A DNA stretch of 64,000 nt from Prevotella sp. UBA2456 (GCA_002342415.1 DDPY01000054.1:26662-90661); one strand, 5' to 3'. Positions 1 to 10,399 are shown, numbered from the stretch's first letter. Made by a program: numbers and translations. Notes: generated by a model not told the origin, from the sequence alone.

Positions 1-1079
1 AGGGCCGTGCGGACTACGTGGTGAACTACTTCACATTCCTCGCTCAGCAAGTGCGCGAATACCTGGCCGAGATAGGCGTGAGCCGCCTCAAGGACATCAT
101 AGGGCGTACCGACCTGCTGGAGGTTAAGACCGATGGCATGACTCCCAAGCAGCAGACTATAGACTTCTCCCGTCTGCTGCACAAACCCGCTACCGACAAG
201 GCGCTCTACTGGGATCGCAGTGCCTATACCAAGGTGACGGGCGTGAAGGACGAGGAGATTATCCGCGCAGCCCGGAAGGCCATCGAACATGGTGAAGAGA
301 TGGCACTCGACTATGCCATCAAGAATACCGACCGCTCGGTGACCACGATGCTCAGCGGCATCATTGCCAAGAAGTATGGCGAACAGGGACTGCCCGACAG
401 CACCGTCAACATCAAGTTCAAGGGCTCGGCGGGGCAAAGCTTTGGAGCCTTCGCGGTAAAGGGTCTCAACATCAGACTCGAAGGCGAGTGCAACGACTAC
501 TTCGGCAAGGGACTGTCGGGCGGACGCATCTCCATACTGCCGCCCGTCCGGACAAGCGAGGACTTCCGTGCCGAGGATAATATCATTGCTGGCAATACCG
601 GACTCTATGGGGCAACCAGTGGCGAGCTCTATATCAATGGTAAGGTGGGCGAGCGCTTCGGTGTGCGAAACAGTGGCGCGACTGCTGTCATCGAGGGTGC
701 CGGAGACCACTGCTGTGAATATATGACCGGGGGCCGCGTGGTGGTCTTGGGCAAGACGGGCCGTAACTTTGCCGCCGGTATGTCGGGCGGTGTGGCCTAC
801 GTCTATGATCCGGACCATATGTTCGACTACTTCTGCAATATGGATATGGTCGAGCTCTCGCTGGTCGAGGACTCGGTGTCGCGCAAGGAGCTGCTCGAAC
901 TGATTCGTCAGCACTATCTGCACACGGGGTCGGCACTGGCCGGCCGCATGCTCGACGACTGGTCGCACGCGGTGGAGGACTTCATCCAGGTGGTGCCCAT
1001 CGAGTACAAGCGTGTGCTGCAGGAGGAGCAGATGAAGCGTCTGCACCAAAAGATTGCCGACATCCAGAGAGACTACTGA
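1..1079 (+). CDS. gltB: Glutamate synthase large subunit, C-terminal part (5' truncated by window)
   Basis: GXGXG domain motifs GSAGQSFGAF, NDYFGKGLSGG, GERFGVRNSGA, GDHCCEYMTGG; gltD follows. Confidence 0.97.
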   Translation, partial: GRADYVVNYFTFLAQQVREYLAEIGVSRLKDIIGRTDLLEVKTDGMTPKQQTIDFSRLLHKPATDKALYWDRSAYTKVTGVKDEEIIRAARKAIEHGEEMALDYAIKNTDRSVTTMLSGIIAKKYGEQGLPDSTVNIKFKGSAGQSFGAFAVKGLNIRLEGECNDYFGKGLSGGRISILPPVRTSEDFRAEDNIIAGNTGLYGATSGELYINGKVGERFGVRNSGATAVIEGAGDHCCEYMTGGRVVVLGKTGRNFAAGMSGGVAYVYDPDHMFDYFCNMDMVELSLVEDSVSRKELLELIRQHYLHTGSALAGRMLDDWSHAVEDFIQVVPIEYKRVLQEEQMKRLHQKIADIQRDY

Positions 1080-1081
1080 TA

Positions 1082-1188
1082 TTTTCGATTTACGGAATTT
1101 CGATTTACAATTTAAATGCTTGTAGGACGAATTCCGTAAAGAGAAAGGAGTAATAAATCGAAAATCGAAAATGAGTAAATTGTAAATA
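1082..1188. repeat. Degenerate heptamer repeats (GATTTAC/GTAAATC family) arranged as an inverted pair
   Basis: ttttcgatttacggaatttcgatttacaattt ... gaattccgtaaa ... taaatcgaaaatcgaaaatgagtaaattgtaaat. Confidence 0.7.
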
Positions 1189-1190
1189 AG

Positions 1191-2555
1191 ATGGGAAATC
1201 CGAAAGCATTTTTAGAGATACACCGACAGGAGGCTGGCTACCGTCCTGTTCACGACAGAATACACGACTTCGGAGAGGTGGAGCAGACGCTCTCTACCCG
1301 TGAACGTAGGTTGCAGGCCTCGCGCTGCATGGACTGCGGCGTGCCCTTCTGCCACTGGGCATGTCCGTTGGGCAACAAGGCTCCCGAATGGAACGATGCA
1401 TTATATAAAGGTGACTGGGAACTGGCTTTCCGGCTGCTGACAAGCACCAACCCTTTCCCGGAGTTCACGGGCCGCATCTGTCCGGCACTGTGCGAGAAGG
1501 CCTGTGTGCTGAACCGCTTCAACCATGAGCCTACCACCAACCGCGAGGATGAGTGCGCCATCATCGAAGGAGCTTTCCGCGAGGGGTATATCCAGCCGCG
1601 AGTGCCTGCCGTGCGCAACGGGAAGACGGTGGCCGTCATCGGGGCCGGCCCTGCCGGACTGGCTGCCGCCGATGCGCTCAACCAGATGGGATATACGGTG
1701 ACGGTATTCGAGAAGAATGAGGCCGCAGGCGGCTTGCTGCGGTATGGCATTCCGAACTTCAAGCTGAACAAGGCCGTCATCGACCGCCGCATCCGCCTGA
1801 TGGAGCAGGAGGGCATCGTCTTCCGCTATGGCGAGGACGTTGAGTGTGCTGCGATAATATCGCAGCCTACGGGACAGGCTGATGCCGTCGTCCTCGCTAC
1901 GGGCACGCCCACTGCCCGCGACCTTCCTGTTCCCGGCCGTCAGCTCAAGGGCGTCCACTTTGCTCTGGAGCTGCTTGCACAGCAGAACCGCCTACTGGCG
2001 GGTGCCGACATCCCCGCTGCCGAGCGGATCAGTGCCAAGGGCAAGGACGTGCTGGTGATAGGTGGCGGCGATACGGGCAGCGACTGTATCGGTACGGCCC
2101 ATCGGCAGGGATGCAGGAGCGTGACTCAGATAGAGATTATGCCGCGCCCCGTAGAAGGCCCCGATGACCCGCAGAACCCCTGGCCCGACTATCCGCGCAC
2201 GCTGAAGACTACCTCGTCGCACGAAGAGGGATGCACGCGCCGTTGGAATATCAACACGCTTGAGTTCCTGGGCAAGGACGGCAGGCTGACGGGGGTGAAG
2301 GTGCTGGAGATTGACTGGCAGCCGAATCCTGCCGGTGGCCGTCCACTGATGGTGGAGAAGGGGAAGCCCGAGGTTGTCAAGGCGGAGCTGGTGCTGTTGG
2401 CAATGGGATTCCTGAAGCCGGAGCATCCTGAATATGCGGAGAATGTCTTCGTCTGCGGCGATGCCCGGAACGGTGCAAGCCTCGTGGTGCGTGCCATGGC
2501 CAGCGGCATCGAGACGGCCCGGCGCGTGGATGAATACCTCCGCTCCACCAAATAG
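1191..2555 (+). CDS. gltD: Glutamate synthase small subunit
   Basis: RCMDCGVPFCHWACP Fe-S motif, GAGPAGLAAA FAD site, GGGDTGSDC. Confidence 0.97.
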   Translation: MGNPKAFLEIHRQEAGYRPVHDRIHDFGEVEQTLSTRERRLQASRCMDCGVPFCHWACPLGNKAPEWNDALYKGDWELAFRLLTSTNPFPEFTGRICPALCEKACVLNRFNHEPTTNREDECAIIEGAFREGYIQPRVPAVRNGKTVAVIGAGPAGLAAADALNQMGYTVTVFEKNEAAGGLLRYGIPNFKLNKAVIDRRIRLMEQEGIVFRYGEDVECAAIISQPTGQADAVVLATGTPTARDLPVPGRQLKGVHFALELLAQQNRLLAGADIPAAERISAKGKDVLVIGGGDTGSDCIGTAHRQGCRSVTQIEIMPRPVEGPDDPQNPWPDYPRTLKTTSSHEEGCTRRWNINTLEFLGKDGRLTGVKVLEIDWQPNPAGGRPLMVEKGKPEVVKAELVLLAMGFLKPEHPEYAENVFVCGDARNGASLVVRAMASGIETARRVDEYLRSTK

Positions 2556-2602
2556 CGAAATCGACAAGTAAATCGTAAATAGTAAATCGTTAAATCGTAA
2601 AT

Positions 2603-3553
2603 ATGATGATCCGTTTTACCAAGATGCACGGCTGTGGCAACGACTATATCTATGTGGATGCTATGGAGTATCCGCTTGCCGATCCTGCCGGCTGTGCCGT
2701 CGCATGGAGCGACCGCCACAAGGGCATTGGCAGCGACGGTCTGGTGCTGATTGACCGCAGTCCTGTGCCCGAGGCCGACTTCTCCATGCGCATCTTCAAT
2801 GCCGACGGCAGCGAGGCGATGATGTGCGGCAATGCCAGCCGCTGCATCGGCAAGTACCTTTATGAAAGGAAGAAGACCCACCTGCTGCGGGCCCTCCCCC
2901 GGCCCCTCCCTTGTAGGGAGGGGAGTGATTACCAGGAGGCGGAGATACGGCTGCTGACGCTTTCGGGTATTAAGACGCTCTATCTGCATATATATAATAA
3001 TAAGGTGGAGCGCGTAACGGTAGATATGGGCGAGCCTATCCTCGAAGACGAATCCCTCTTCAATCCCAATCTCGCGGAAGGACAATCTACTCCCCGCCCT
3101 ACAAGGGAGGGGGCGGGGGAGGGTCTGCTGGTTGATGGCACCTTCGTCTCGATGGGCAACCCGCATTACGTCATCTTCACCGACGACATTGACCAGGTGG
3201 GTGAAGCGGGGCGTCTGCTGGAGCATCACCCGGCATTCCCTCAGCGCTGCAACATCGAGTTCGCCCGCACTGTGGTTGGCGGTTTACCCGCCGATGCCCC
3301 CGCCACCATCCGTACCCGCGTCTGGGAGCGTGGCAGCGGCATTACTCAGGCCTGCGGTACAGGTGCATGCGCCACCGCCGTCGCCGCCTGTCTCAGCGGT
3401 CGTGCAGGCCGCGAGAGCAGCATCGTGATGGACGGCGGCATGCTACATATCGAGTGGCGCGAAAGCGATAATCACGTCTATATGACCGGCCCTGCCGAGT
3501 TTGTCTTCGAGGGCGAAGTGGAATTGCCAAATAGCCCAATCGTAAATAAATAG
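2603..3553 (+). CDS. dapF: Diaminopimelate epimerase (with two in-frame REP-like insertions)
   Basis: [42 protein letters not shown]. Confidence 0.96.
   Translation: MMIRFTKMHGCGNDYIYVDAMEYPLADPAGCAVAWSDRHKGIGSDGLVLIDRSPVPEADFSMRIFNADGSEAMMCGNASRCIGKYLYERKKTHLLRALPRPLPCREGSDYQEAEIRLLTLSGIKTLYLHIYNNKVERVTVDMGEPILEDESLFNPNLAEGQSTPRPTREGAGEGLLVDGTFVSMGNPHYVIFTDDIDQVGEAGRLLEHHPAFPQRCNIEFARTVVGGLPADAPATIRTRVWERGSGITQACGTGACATAVAACLSGRAGRESSIVMDGGMLHIEWRESDNHVYMTGPAEFVFEGEVELPNSPIVNK
2891..2926 (+). repeat. REP-like palindromic element inside dapF, copy 1
   Basis: gccctcccccggcccctcccttgtagggaggggagt; near-perfect reverse complement of 3089-3125. Confidence 0.85.
3089..3125 (-). repeat. REP-like palindromic element inside dapF, copy 2 (inverted)
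   Basis: actccccgccctacaagggagggggcgggggagggtc. Confidence 0.85.
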
Positions 3554-3584
3554 TAAATTGTAAATCGTCAAATCGTAAATAGAT

Positions 3585-4823
3585 ATGGCATTAGTAAACA
3601 TTCATTTCCTGAACCTGCAGGCGAACTATCTCTTCGCCGACATTGCCAAGAAGGTGAACGCTTTCAAGGTGATGCACCCCAAGGCCGATGTCATCAGCCT
3701 GGGTATTGGCGATGTCACCCAGCCGCTGTGTCCGGCCGTTGTCGAGGCCATGCACCGGGCTGTGGACGAGTTGGCGACGGCTGACGGTTTCCGCGGCTAC
3801 GGACCGGAGCAGGGCTACGGCTTCCTGCGCGAGGCTATTGTGAAGAACGACTTTGCTCCCCGCGGTGTGCGCCTGAGCGCGGACGAGATCTTTGTCAACG
3901 ACGGCGCGAAGAGCGATACGGGCAACTTCCAGGAGCTGTTGCACTGGGACAACTTCATCGGTGTGACCGACCCGATTTATCCTGTATATATCGACTCGAA
4001 CGTGATGATAGGGCGCTGCGGAAGCTATCGCGACGGTCGCTGGACCAACGTGCGCTATATGCCCACTACGGCTGAGAACGGTTTTGTGCCCGACCTGCCC
4101 AAAGGCCGCCCTGTGGATGTCATCTACCTCTGCTTTCCGAACAACCCCACGGGGACGGTCATCACGAAGCAGGAACTGCAGAAGTGGGTGAAATACGCCT
4201 TGAAGAACGATGCCCTCATCCTCTTCGACGCCGCCTACCAAGCCTACATCCGCGACCCGGAGATTCCGCACAGCATCTACGAGATTCGCGGTGCCCGCAA
4301 GTGTGCCGTCGAGTTCCGCTCGTTCTCCAAGACGGCGGGATTCACGGGTGTGCGCTGCGGCTATACCGTTGTGCCCAAGGAGGTGAGCGTGTCTACCTTC
4401 GAGGGCGAGCGCATCCCTCTGCACCAGCTGTGGCTGCGCCGGCAGTCGACCAAGTTCAACGGCACGAGCTACATCTCGCAGCGAGCCGCCGAGGCCATCT
4501 ACTCGCCCGAAGGCAAGCAGCAGGTGCAGGCCATCATCGACTATTATATGGAGAACGCGCGGCTGATGCTCGACACGCTGAGGGGCCTCGGATTCGAATG
4601 TTATGGCGGCGAGAATGCTCCCTACGTCTGGATGCGCACGCCCGACGGCATGTCCAGCTGGCAGTTCTTCGAGGCCCTGCTTTATGGGGCCAACGTGGTC
4701 TGTACGCCCGGCGTGGGCTTCGGTCCCTCGGGCGAGGGATACGTGCGGTTCACCGCTTTCGGTAGCCATGAGCAGACCGAAGAAGCACTTCAGCGAATCG
4801 CAAAATGGAAGAATCAACATTAA
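3585..4823 (+). CDS. dapL: LL-diaminopimelate aminotransferase
   Basis: LGIGDVTQPL, GYGPEQGY, CFPNNPTG, SFSKTAGFTGVRCG; follows dapF. Confidence 0.96.
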   Translation: MALVNIHFLNLQANYLFADIAKKVNAFKVMHPKADVISLGIGDVTQPLCPAVVEAMHRAVDELATADGFRGYGPEQGYGFLREAIVKNDFAPRGVRLSADEIFVNDGAKSDTGNFQELLHWDNFIGVTDPIYPVYIDSNVMIGRCGSYRDGRWTNVRYMPTTAENGFVPDLPKGRPVDVIYLCFPNNPTGTVITKQELQKWVKYALKNDALILFDAAYQAYIRDPEIPHSIYEIRGARKCAVEFRSFSKTAGFTGVRCGYTVVPKEVSVSTFEGERIPLHQLWLRRQSTKFNGTSYISQRAAEAIYSPEGKQQVQAIIDYYMENARLMLDTLRGLGFECYGGENAPYVWMRTPDGMSSWQFFEALLYGANVVCTPGVGFGPSGEGYVRFTAFGSHEQTEEALQRIAKWKNQH

Positions 4824-4845
4824 ATAACACAAAAACAACAGCATT

Positions 4846-7086
4846 ATGGAAACATTGAGATTTCAGGTTGTCGGCGAAGCTTTCAAGAAGAAGCCGCTCG
4901 ACGTAGAAACACCGGGCGAGAGACCCGCGAAGTATTTCGGACGGAAGGTCTTCAACCGCGAGAAGATGTACAAGTATCTGCCCAAGGACGTCTATGAGAA
5001 GATGGTAGAGGTGATGGACAATGGTGCCCGCCTGGACCGCGAGGTGGCCGATGCCGTAGCCTCTGGCATGAAGCAGTGGGCCATGGAGAACGGCGTGACG
5101 CACTACACCCACTGGTTCCAGCCGCTCACCGAAGGCACGGCCGAGAAGCACGACTCCTTTATCGAGCACGACGGCAAGGGCGGTATGGTGGAGGAGTTCA
5201 GCGGAAAACTGCTCGTCCAGCAGGAGCCCGATGCCTCCAGTTTCCCCTCTGGCGGCATCCGCAGCACCTTCGAGGCCCGCGGCTACTCGGCATGGGACCC
5301 CACATCGCCCGTGTTCATCATCGACGACACGCTCTGCATCCCCACCGTATTTATATCTTACACCGGCGAAGCCCTCGACTATAAGGCTCCGCTGCTGCGC
5401 GCCCTGCATGCCGTCAATGTGGCCGCTACGGACGTGTGCCACTACTTCGACCCAAGTGTGAAGAAAGTGACGAGCAACCTCGGTTGGGAGCAGGAGTACT
5501 TCCTCGTGGACGAGGGACTCTACTCCGCCCGTCCCGACCTGCTGCTGACGGGGCGCACGCTCATGGGACACGACTCGGCCAAGAACCAGCAGATGGACGA
5601 CCACTACTTCGGAGCCATCCCCGAGCGCGTCGCAGCCTTCATGCGCGAACTCGAGATTCAGGCCCTCCAGCTGGGCATCCCCTGCAAGACGCGCCACAAC
5701 GAGGTCGCTCCCAACCAGTTCGAGCTGGCTCCCATCTTCGAGGAAACCAATCTTGCCGTCGACCACAACATGCTGCTCATGTCCGTGATGAAGCGCGTCG
5801 CCCGCAAGCACGGCTTCCGCGTACTGCTCCACGAAAAACCCTTCGACGGCATCAACGGCTCGGGCAAGCACAACAACTGGAGCCTCTCTACCGACAACGG
5901 CGTGCTGCTGCATGCTCCCGGCAAGACGGCCGAGCAGAACTTGCGCTTCGCCACCTTCATCGTCGAGACACTGATGGGCGTATGGCGGCACAACGGACTG
6001 CTCAAGGCCAGCATTATGTCGGCCACCAACGCCCACCGCTTAGGTGCCAACGAGGCCCCGCCCGCCATCATCAGCTCCTTCCTTGGCAAGCAGGTTAGCG
6101 AACTGCTCGACCACATCGAACGTGCCGATGTCGATGACATCCTGGCTATGGCAGGCAAGCAGGGCATGAAGATGGACATTCCCGAAATACCCGAACTCTT
6201 CATCGACAATACCGATCGCAACCGCACGTCGCCCTTCGCCTTCACCGGCAACCGCTTCGAGTTCCGCGCCGTAGGCAGCGAGGCCAACTGTGCCTCCGCC
6301 ATGATAGCCCTTAACTCAGCCGTCGCCGAAGCCCTCGTATCCTTCAAGCAGCGCGTCGACCAGCGCATTGCCGAAATCAAGGAAGACCCGATGTTTGCCC
6401 CAGTGGCCGACGGAGAGCCGTCAGCACACAACCCCGTCATGCACGCCATCATCGACATCCTCCGCCAGGACATCAAGGCCTGCAAGCCCATCCGCTTCGA
6501 CGGCAACGGCTACTCCGACGAGTGGGTGCTCGAAGCCCGGAAGCGCGGCCTCGATGTCGAGAAGTCATGCCCCAAGATCTTCGAGCGCTATTTGGACGAC
6601 TCCAGTGTCCAGATGTTCGAGAGCCTGGGCGTGATGACGAGGAAAGAACTCGAGGCCCGCAACGAAGTGAAATGGGAAACCTACACGAAGAAAATCCAGA
6701 TCGAGGCACGCGTCTTAGGCGACCTCTCCATGAACCATATCATCCCCGTTGCCACACGCTATCAGACCCAGCTGCTCAAAAACGTAGAGAATATGGCCGA
6801 GGTCTTCCCTGTCGACAAGGCAGAGAAGCTGAGCGCTCGCAACCTGAAGCTCATCGAGGAGATAGCCGAGCGCACGAGTGCGATAGAGAAAGGCGTAGAA
6901 GACCTTGTCAACGCCCGCAAGCTGGCCAATAAGATTGCCGACGAGCATCAGAAAGCCATCGACTATCACGACAAGGTAGAACCCAAGTTCGACGAAATCC
7001 GCTATCAGATAGACAAGTTGGAACTGATCGTTGACGACTCGCTCTGGCCGCTGCCGAAGTATCGCGAACTGCTGTTCATCCGATAG
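4846..7086 (+). CDS. glnN: Glutamine synthetase type III
   Basis: THYTHWFQPLT, EPDASSFPSGG, HNEVAPNQFE, DRNRTSPFAFTGNRFEFRA, WPLPKYRELLF; 746 aa. Confidence 0.95.
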   Translation: METLRFQVVGEAFKKKPLDVETPGERPAKYFGRKVFNREKMYKYLPKDVYEKMVEVMDNGARLDREVADAVASGMKQWAMENGVTHYTHWFQPLTEGTAEKHDSFIEHDGKGGMVEEFSGKLLVQQEPDASSFPSGGIRSTFEARGYSAWDPTSPVFIIDDTLCIPTVFISYTGEALDYKAPLLRALHAVNVAATDVCHYFDPSVKKVTSNLGWEQEYFLVDEGLYSARPDLLLTGRTLMGHDSAKNQQMDDHYFGAIPERVAAFMRELEIQALQLGIPCKTRHNEVAPNQFELAPIFEETNLAVDHNMLLMSVMKRVARKHGFRVLLHEKPFDGINGSGKHNNWSLSTDNGVLLHAPGKTAEQNLRFATFIVETLMGVWRHNGLLKASIMSATNAHRLGANEAPPAIISSFLGKQVSELLDHIERADVDDILAMAGKQGMKMDIPEIPELFIDNTDRNRTSPFAFTGNRFEFRAVGSEANCASAMIALNSAVAEALVSFKQRVDQRIAEIKEDPMFAPVADGEPSAHNPVMHAIIDILRQDIKACKPIRFDGNGYSDEWVLEARKRGLDVEKSCPKIFERYLDDSSVQMFESLGVMTRKELEARNEVKWETYTKKIQIEARVLGDLSMNHIIPVATRYQTQLLKNVENMAEVFPVDKAEKLSARNLKLIEEIAERTSAIEKGVEDLVNARKLANKIADEHQKAIDYHDKVEPKFDEIRYQIDKLELIVDDSLWPLPKYRELLFIR

Positions 7087-7117
7087 TAGCGGGCAAAAAG
7101 GATAGAACACTATGAAA

Positions 7118-7153
7118 ACAGGCTGGACGCTCAAAGTAGGGCATCCAGCCTGT
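7118..7153. terminator. Hairpin between convergent glnN and DUF349 genes
   Basis: acaggctgga...tccagcctgt. Confidence 0.65.
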
Positions 7154-7162
7154 ATCTTTTGG

Positions 7163-7220
7163 TTGAGTTGACTCAAACGGCCAATCGAGTTGACTCAAAC
7201 GATCATTTGAGTTGACTCAG
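7163..7220. repeat. Three copies of palindromic GAGTTGACTCA at 22-bp period
   Basis: copies start at 7165, 7187, 7209. Confidence 0.85.
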
Positions 7221-7225
7221 CTTTT

Positions 7226-9064
7226 TTACTTGGCTGCGTTCTCGGCATCGATGGCCTTAATCTTGTCGCGCACCAGCTGAACTTCATCCTTCAGCTTCTG
7301 TACCTTGCGGTTCATCTCGTCGATGAGGCTGTTGCCCTTCTTGCTGGAGGCATTGAGGAAACCGAGGTTGTTCTCGTAGGTCTGTACTTCCTGCTTCAGC
7401 TGCTCATACTGGCGCATGAGTCGAGCACGCTCGTTGTCCAGCGCATCGCCTCCACGCTCTGCCACCTGGCGGAGGTTGTCCTTGAACTTGCTGAGGCGGC
7501 GCTTGGCCACGGTGATGTTCATATCCTTGTAGAGCTGGTCGAGCACGGCATGGTATTCCTCGTAGAGCTTATCCTTCTCCTTGAAGGGCACATGACCGAC
7601 GGCCTGATATTCCTCCACGAGCTTCTGTACGCGCTCCTGAAGGTTTTCTCCTGCTTCTTCGGCAGCGGCTTTCAGCTGGGCTATGATGTCGCGCTTCTTC
7701 TCCAGATTGTCGCGCTCTTCGTTGCGGGTGCCGGCTCCGGCGGCATTGCGGGCTTCGAAGAACTTGTTGCAGGCTCCGAGGAACTCGTCCCAGAGCTGGT
7801 CGCCGATGCGCTTGGGTACCATGCCGATGGTCTTCCACTCCTTCTGCAGGTTGATAAGTTTGTCGGAGGTCGACTTCCAGTCGGTGGAGTCTTGCAGGGC
7901 CTTGGCTTTCTCAATGAGGGCGCGCTTCTTGTCGGCATTGACCTTGAACTGCTCCTTGAGGTCCTTGAAGAACTCGGCTTTGCGACCGAAGAAGTCGTCG
8001 CAGGCTGCACGGAAACGCTCGAAGATCTTGACGTTCATCTTCTGTGGGGCAAAGCCAATGGTCTTCCATTCTGCCTGCAGGTCGATAATCTGCTTGGTGT
8101 GGCGCTCCCAGTCGGCACTGCCTTTATTCTCTTCGGCCGCGATGGCCTCTACTTTCTCGCAGAGGACGGTCTTCTTGGCCAGGTTCTCTTCCTCCTTGGC
8201 ACGCAAGCCTTCGAAGTGTTGCTGGAAGCGCTTGTTGATGATGGTGGAGGCTGCTTTGAAGCGGTTCCATATCTCCTCGCGCAGCTCCTTGCTGACGGGA
8301 CCTGTCTCGCGGTATTCCTGATGCAGCTTCTGCAGCTGATGGAATGCGCTGATGACATCGGCCTCCTCGGCCAGCTTCTCTGCTGCCTCGCAGAGCTTGG
8401 TCTTCATCTCAAGGTTCTTCTTGAAATCGTATTCGCGGGCCTCGCTGTTCAGCTTCAGCAGGTCGTAGAACTGCTCGACATAGAGCTGATAGTTGCGCCA
8501 GAGTTCGTTGGCTCGCTCTGCCGGGACATTCTTGATTTCTCTCCATTCCTCCTGCAGCGCCTTGAATTCCTTATAGGATTTGTTTGCTTCTTCGGGCGAG
8601 GTGACCATTGCCTTGATCTTCTCGATGATGTCGAGCTTCTTCTGCAGGTTCTCCTGCTTCTCCTGCTCAAGCTCCTTGAACAGCTGCTGCCGCTTCTCCT
8701 TGATGAGCACCATTTCTGCCTTGAAGGCTTCTTCGTCGCTGTCGGGAGTAATCTGATATTGCTCAGGATCGCCGCCGCCGTCGATATACTCTTTCAGCTT
8801 GGCTTCGCGCTCGGCAATGTGCAACTTGTAGAAGCAGGTCTTCAGATAGTCTATCTCTTCCTTTTGCGGGGCATCCTCGCTATGGGCTATTTCGCGCACG
8901 CGGTCCAGCACCTCTTTCTTGGTGGTGTACTGTTTGCGCTCTGGCTCGACAGCCTCTTTTGCGGTTGTCTCCGGTTCGGTAGTCTGTAACTGGTCTACTG
9001 TCTGCTCTACGTTCTGTTCAACGTTTTGCTCCTCGATGGGAGTGTTTACTTGAGAGTCCATCAT
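7226..9064 (-). CDS. DUF349 domain-containing coiled-coil protein
   Basis: Repeated LQ.EW..IG..P...WxRF..ACD.FF units typical of DUF349. Confidence 0.85.
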   Translation of the reverse strand: MMDSQVNTPIEEQNVEQNVEQTVDQLQTTEPETTAKEAVEPERKQYTTKKEVLDRVREIAHSEDAPQKEEIDYLKTCFYKLHIAEREAKLKEYIDGGGDPEQYQITPDSDEEAFKAEMVLIKEKRQQLFKELEQEKQENLQKKLDIIEKIKAMVTSPEEANKSYKEFKALQEEWREIKNVPAERANELWRNYQLYVEQFYDLLKLNSEAREYDFKKNLEMKTKLCEAAEKLAEEADVISAFHQLQKLHQEYRETGPVSKELREEIWNRFKAASTIINKRFQQHFEGLRAKEEENLAKKTVLCEKVEAIAAEENKGSADWERHTKQIIDLQAEWKTIGFAPQKMNVKIFERFRAACDDFFGRKAEFFKDLKEQFKVNADKKRALIEKAKALQDSTDWKSTSDKLINLQKEWKTIGMVPKRIGDQLWDEFLGACNKFFEARNAAGAGTRNEERDNLEKKRDIIAQLKAAAEEAGENLQERVQKLVEEYQAVGHVPFKEKDKLYEEYHAVLDQLYKDMNITVAKRRLSKFKDNLRQVAERGGDALDNERARLMRQYEQLKQEVQTYENNLGFLNASSKKGNSLIDEMNRKVQKLKDEVQLVRDKIKAIDAENAAK

Positions 9065-9161
9065 CTTGATAGTTTTAGTGAATGATAGGGTTGTTCATAC
9101 AAATCAGGGCAAAGATAGGTAAAATTTTCGAAATGACCTAATTTTTTTTAAGAAAAGTGAA

Positions 9162-10088
9162 TTAAATCAGCCGTTTGTGCCTGAAAACGAGCAGTGAGAT
9201 GACGGAAATGCCTACCGAAAGTATGATGGCAATGATGAATCCTACGGGACTGTTTTCCATGCCGTTGATGAGATTCATGCCAAAGAATGAGGCCACCAGC
9301 GTGGGCAGCATCAGAATGATGGTGACCGACGTGAGCGTACGCATGATGGTGTTCATATTGTTGTTGATGATAGACTGGTAGGTGTCCATGGTCGATTCCA
9401 GGATGTTGGAGTAGATGCTGGTGGTCTCGCGGGCCTGGGTCATCTCGATGTTGACATCTTCGATGAGGTCGGCATCCAGTTCGTCTATCTGGAGCTTGAA
9501 CTTCAGCTTGGACAGCAGGGTCTCGTTGCCTCGGATGGAGGTATTGAAATAGGTGAGCGAGTCCTGCAGGCGCGACAGTCCGATGAGCGACTCGTTGTTC
9601 ACCTCGCGGTCCAGGTTGCGCTTAGCCTTGTCAATGAGCATGGAAATCTGCTTCAGGCGCTTCAGATACCATACTGCCGACGAGAGGAACAGGCGGAAAA
9701 TCATATCGACATAGTCGGTGAAGCCCACACCGCGCTTCTGCTGATACGAAACGAAGTCGATCATCATGTTCGTTTCGTAGTAGCATACCGTGATGGTGAC
9801 ATCGCGCTTGTGGATGATGCCTAATGGAATAGTGGTATAGGGAGTTCGCGACCGCACTTCTTTGACATAGGGTATGCGGAGGATGATGAGCATCCATCCG
9901 TCATCGTACTCATAGCGTGCACGCTCGTCGGTATCGCTGATGTCGGAAAGAAAGTAGTCGGGAATCTTGTACTCCTCTTCCAGCATCTGCTGGTCTTCTT
10001 CTGTCGGACACGTCATTTGTATCCAACAATTGGGCTGCCATTCGTCTATTTGGCTCAGCCCGCCTTGGGTGTTCCAATATGTCTTCAT
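9162..10088 (-). CDS. corA: CorA family magnesium transporter
   Basis: FGMN signature between two C-terminal TM helices. Confidence 0.9.
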   Translation of the reverse strand: MKTYWNTQGGLSQIDEWQPNCWIQMTCPTEEDQQMLEEEYKIPDYFLSDISDTDERARYEYDDGWMLIILRIPYVKEVRSRTPYTTIPLGIIHKRDVTITVCYYETNMMIDFVSYQQKRGVGFTDYVDMIFRLFLSSAVWYLKRLKQISMLIDKAKRNLDREVNNESLIGLSRLQDSLTYFNTSIRGNETLLSKLKFKLQIDELDADLIEDVNIEMTQARETTSIYSNILESTMDTYQSIINNNMNTIMRTLTSVTIILMLPTLVASFFGMNLINGMENSPVGFIIAIILSVGISVISLLVFRHKRLI

Positions 10089-10175
10089 TTTGCTAATCCT
10101 TTTTTTAATGCATAATGCTTAATGCATAATCATTGCGGCAAAGGGATTAGCAGCCTTGCCACTTGTCCCCCGCCA

Positions 10176-10211
10176 TTACGAATTGTAATTTTCCGCCGGG
10201 TAATCGTCCAT
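10176..10211 (-). promoter_or_regulatory. Candidate 11-aa uORF (MDDYPAENYNS) in the corA leader
   Basis: ATG with AT-rich upstream context, just downstream of a minus-strand TACCTTTG -7 element (10241-10248). Confidence 0.35.
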
Positions 10212-10337
10212 AATTTATTGATAAATTGGTTATTCGCCTGCAAAGGTAATAAAAAAAAGTGAAAAGCGAAGAGTGTGGAGGGAAAAATTTGCTACCGCAC
10301 AAGTAATTCACTGATTTTTTCCCATCTGAATATGACA

Positions 10338-10389
10338 ACTACGAATTCCACAAATTCCGCAAATTCGTGAAATTCGTGGAATTCGTAGT
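10338..10389. repeat. 9-mer AATTC repeat hairpin downstream of pepD
   Basis: actacgaattccac ... gtggaattcgtagt with internal aaattc repeats. Confidence 0.7.
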
Positions 10390-10399
10390 CGAAAACGCC

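Noticed and set aside
1-7086. gltBD-dapF-dapL-glnN clustering as a novel system
   Set aside because: A nitrogen-assimilation cluster of this kind is ordinary in Bacteroidales.
3591-8989. Long antisense ORFs (417, 428 and 479 aa) over dapL, glnN and the DUF349 gene
   Set aside because: They mirror well-supported genes on the other strand; typical of GC3-biased coding DNA.
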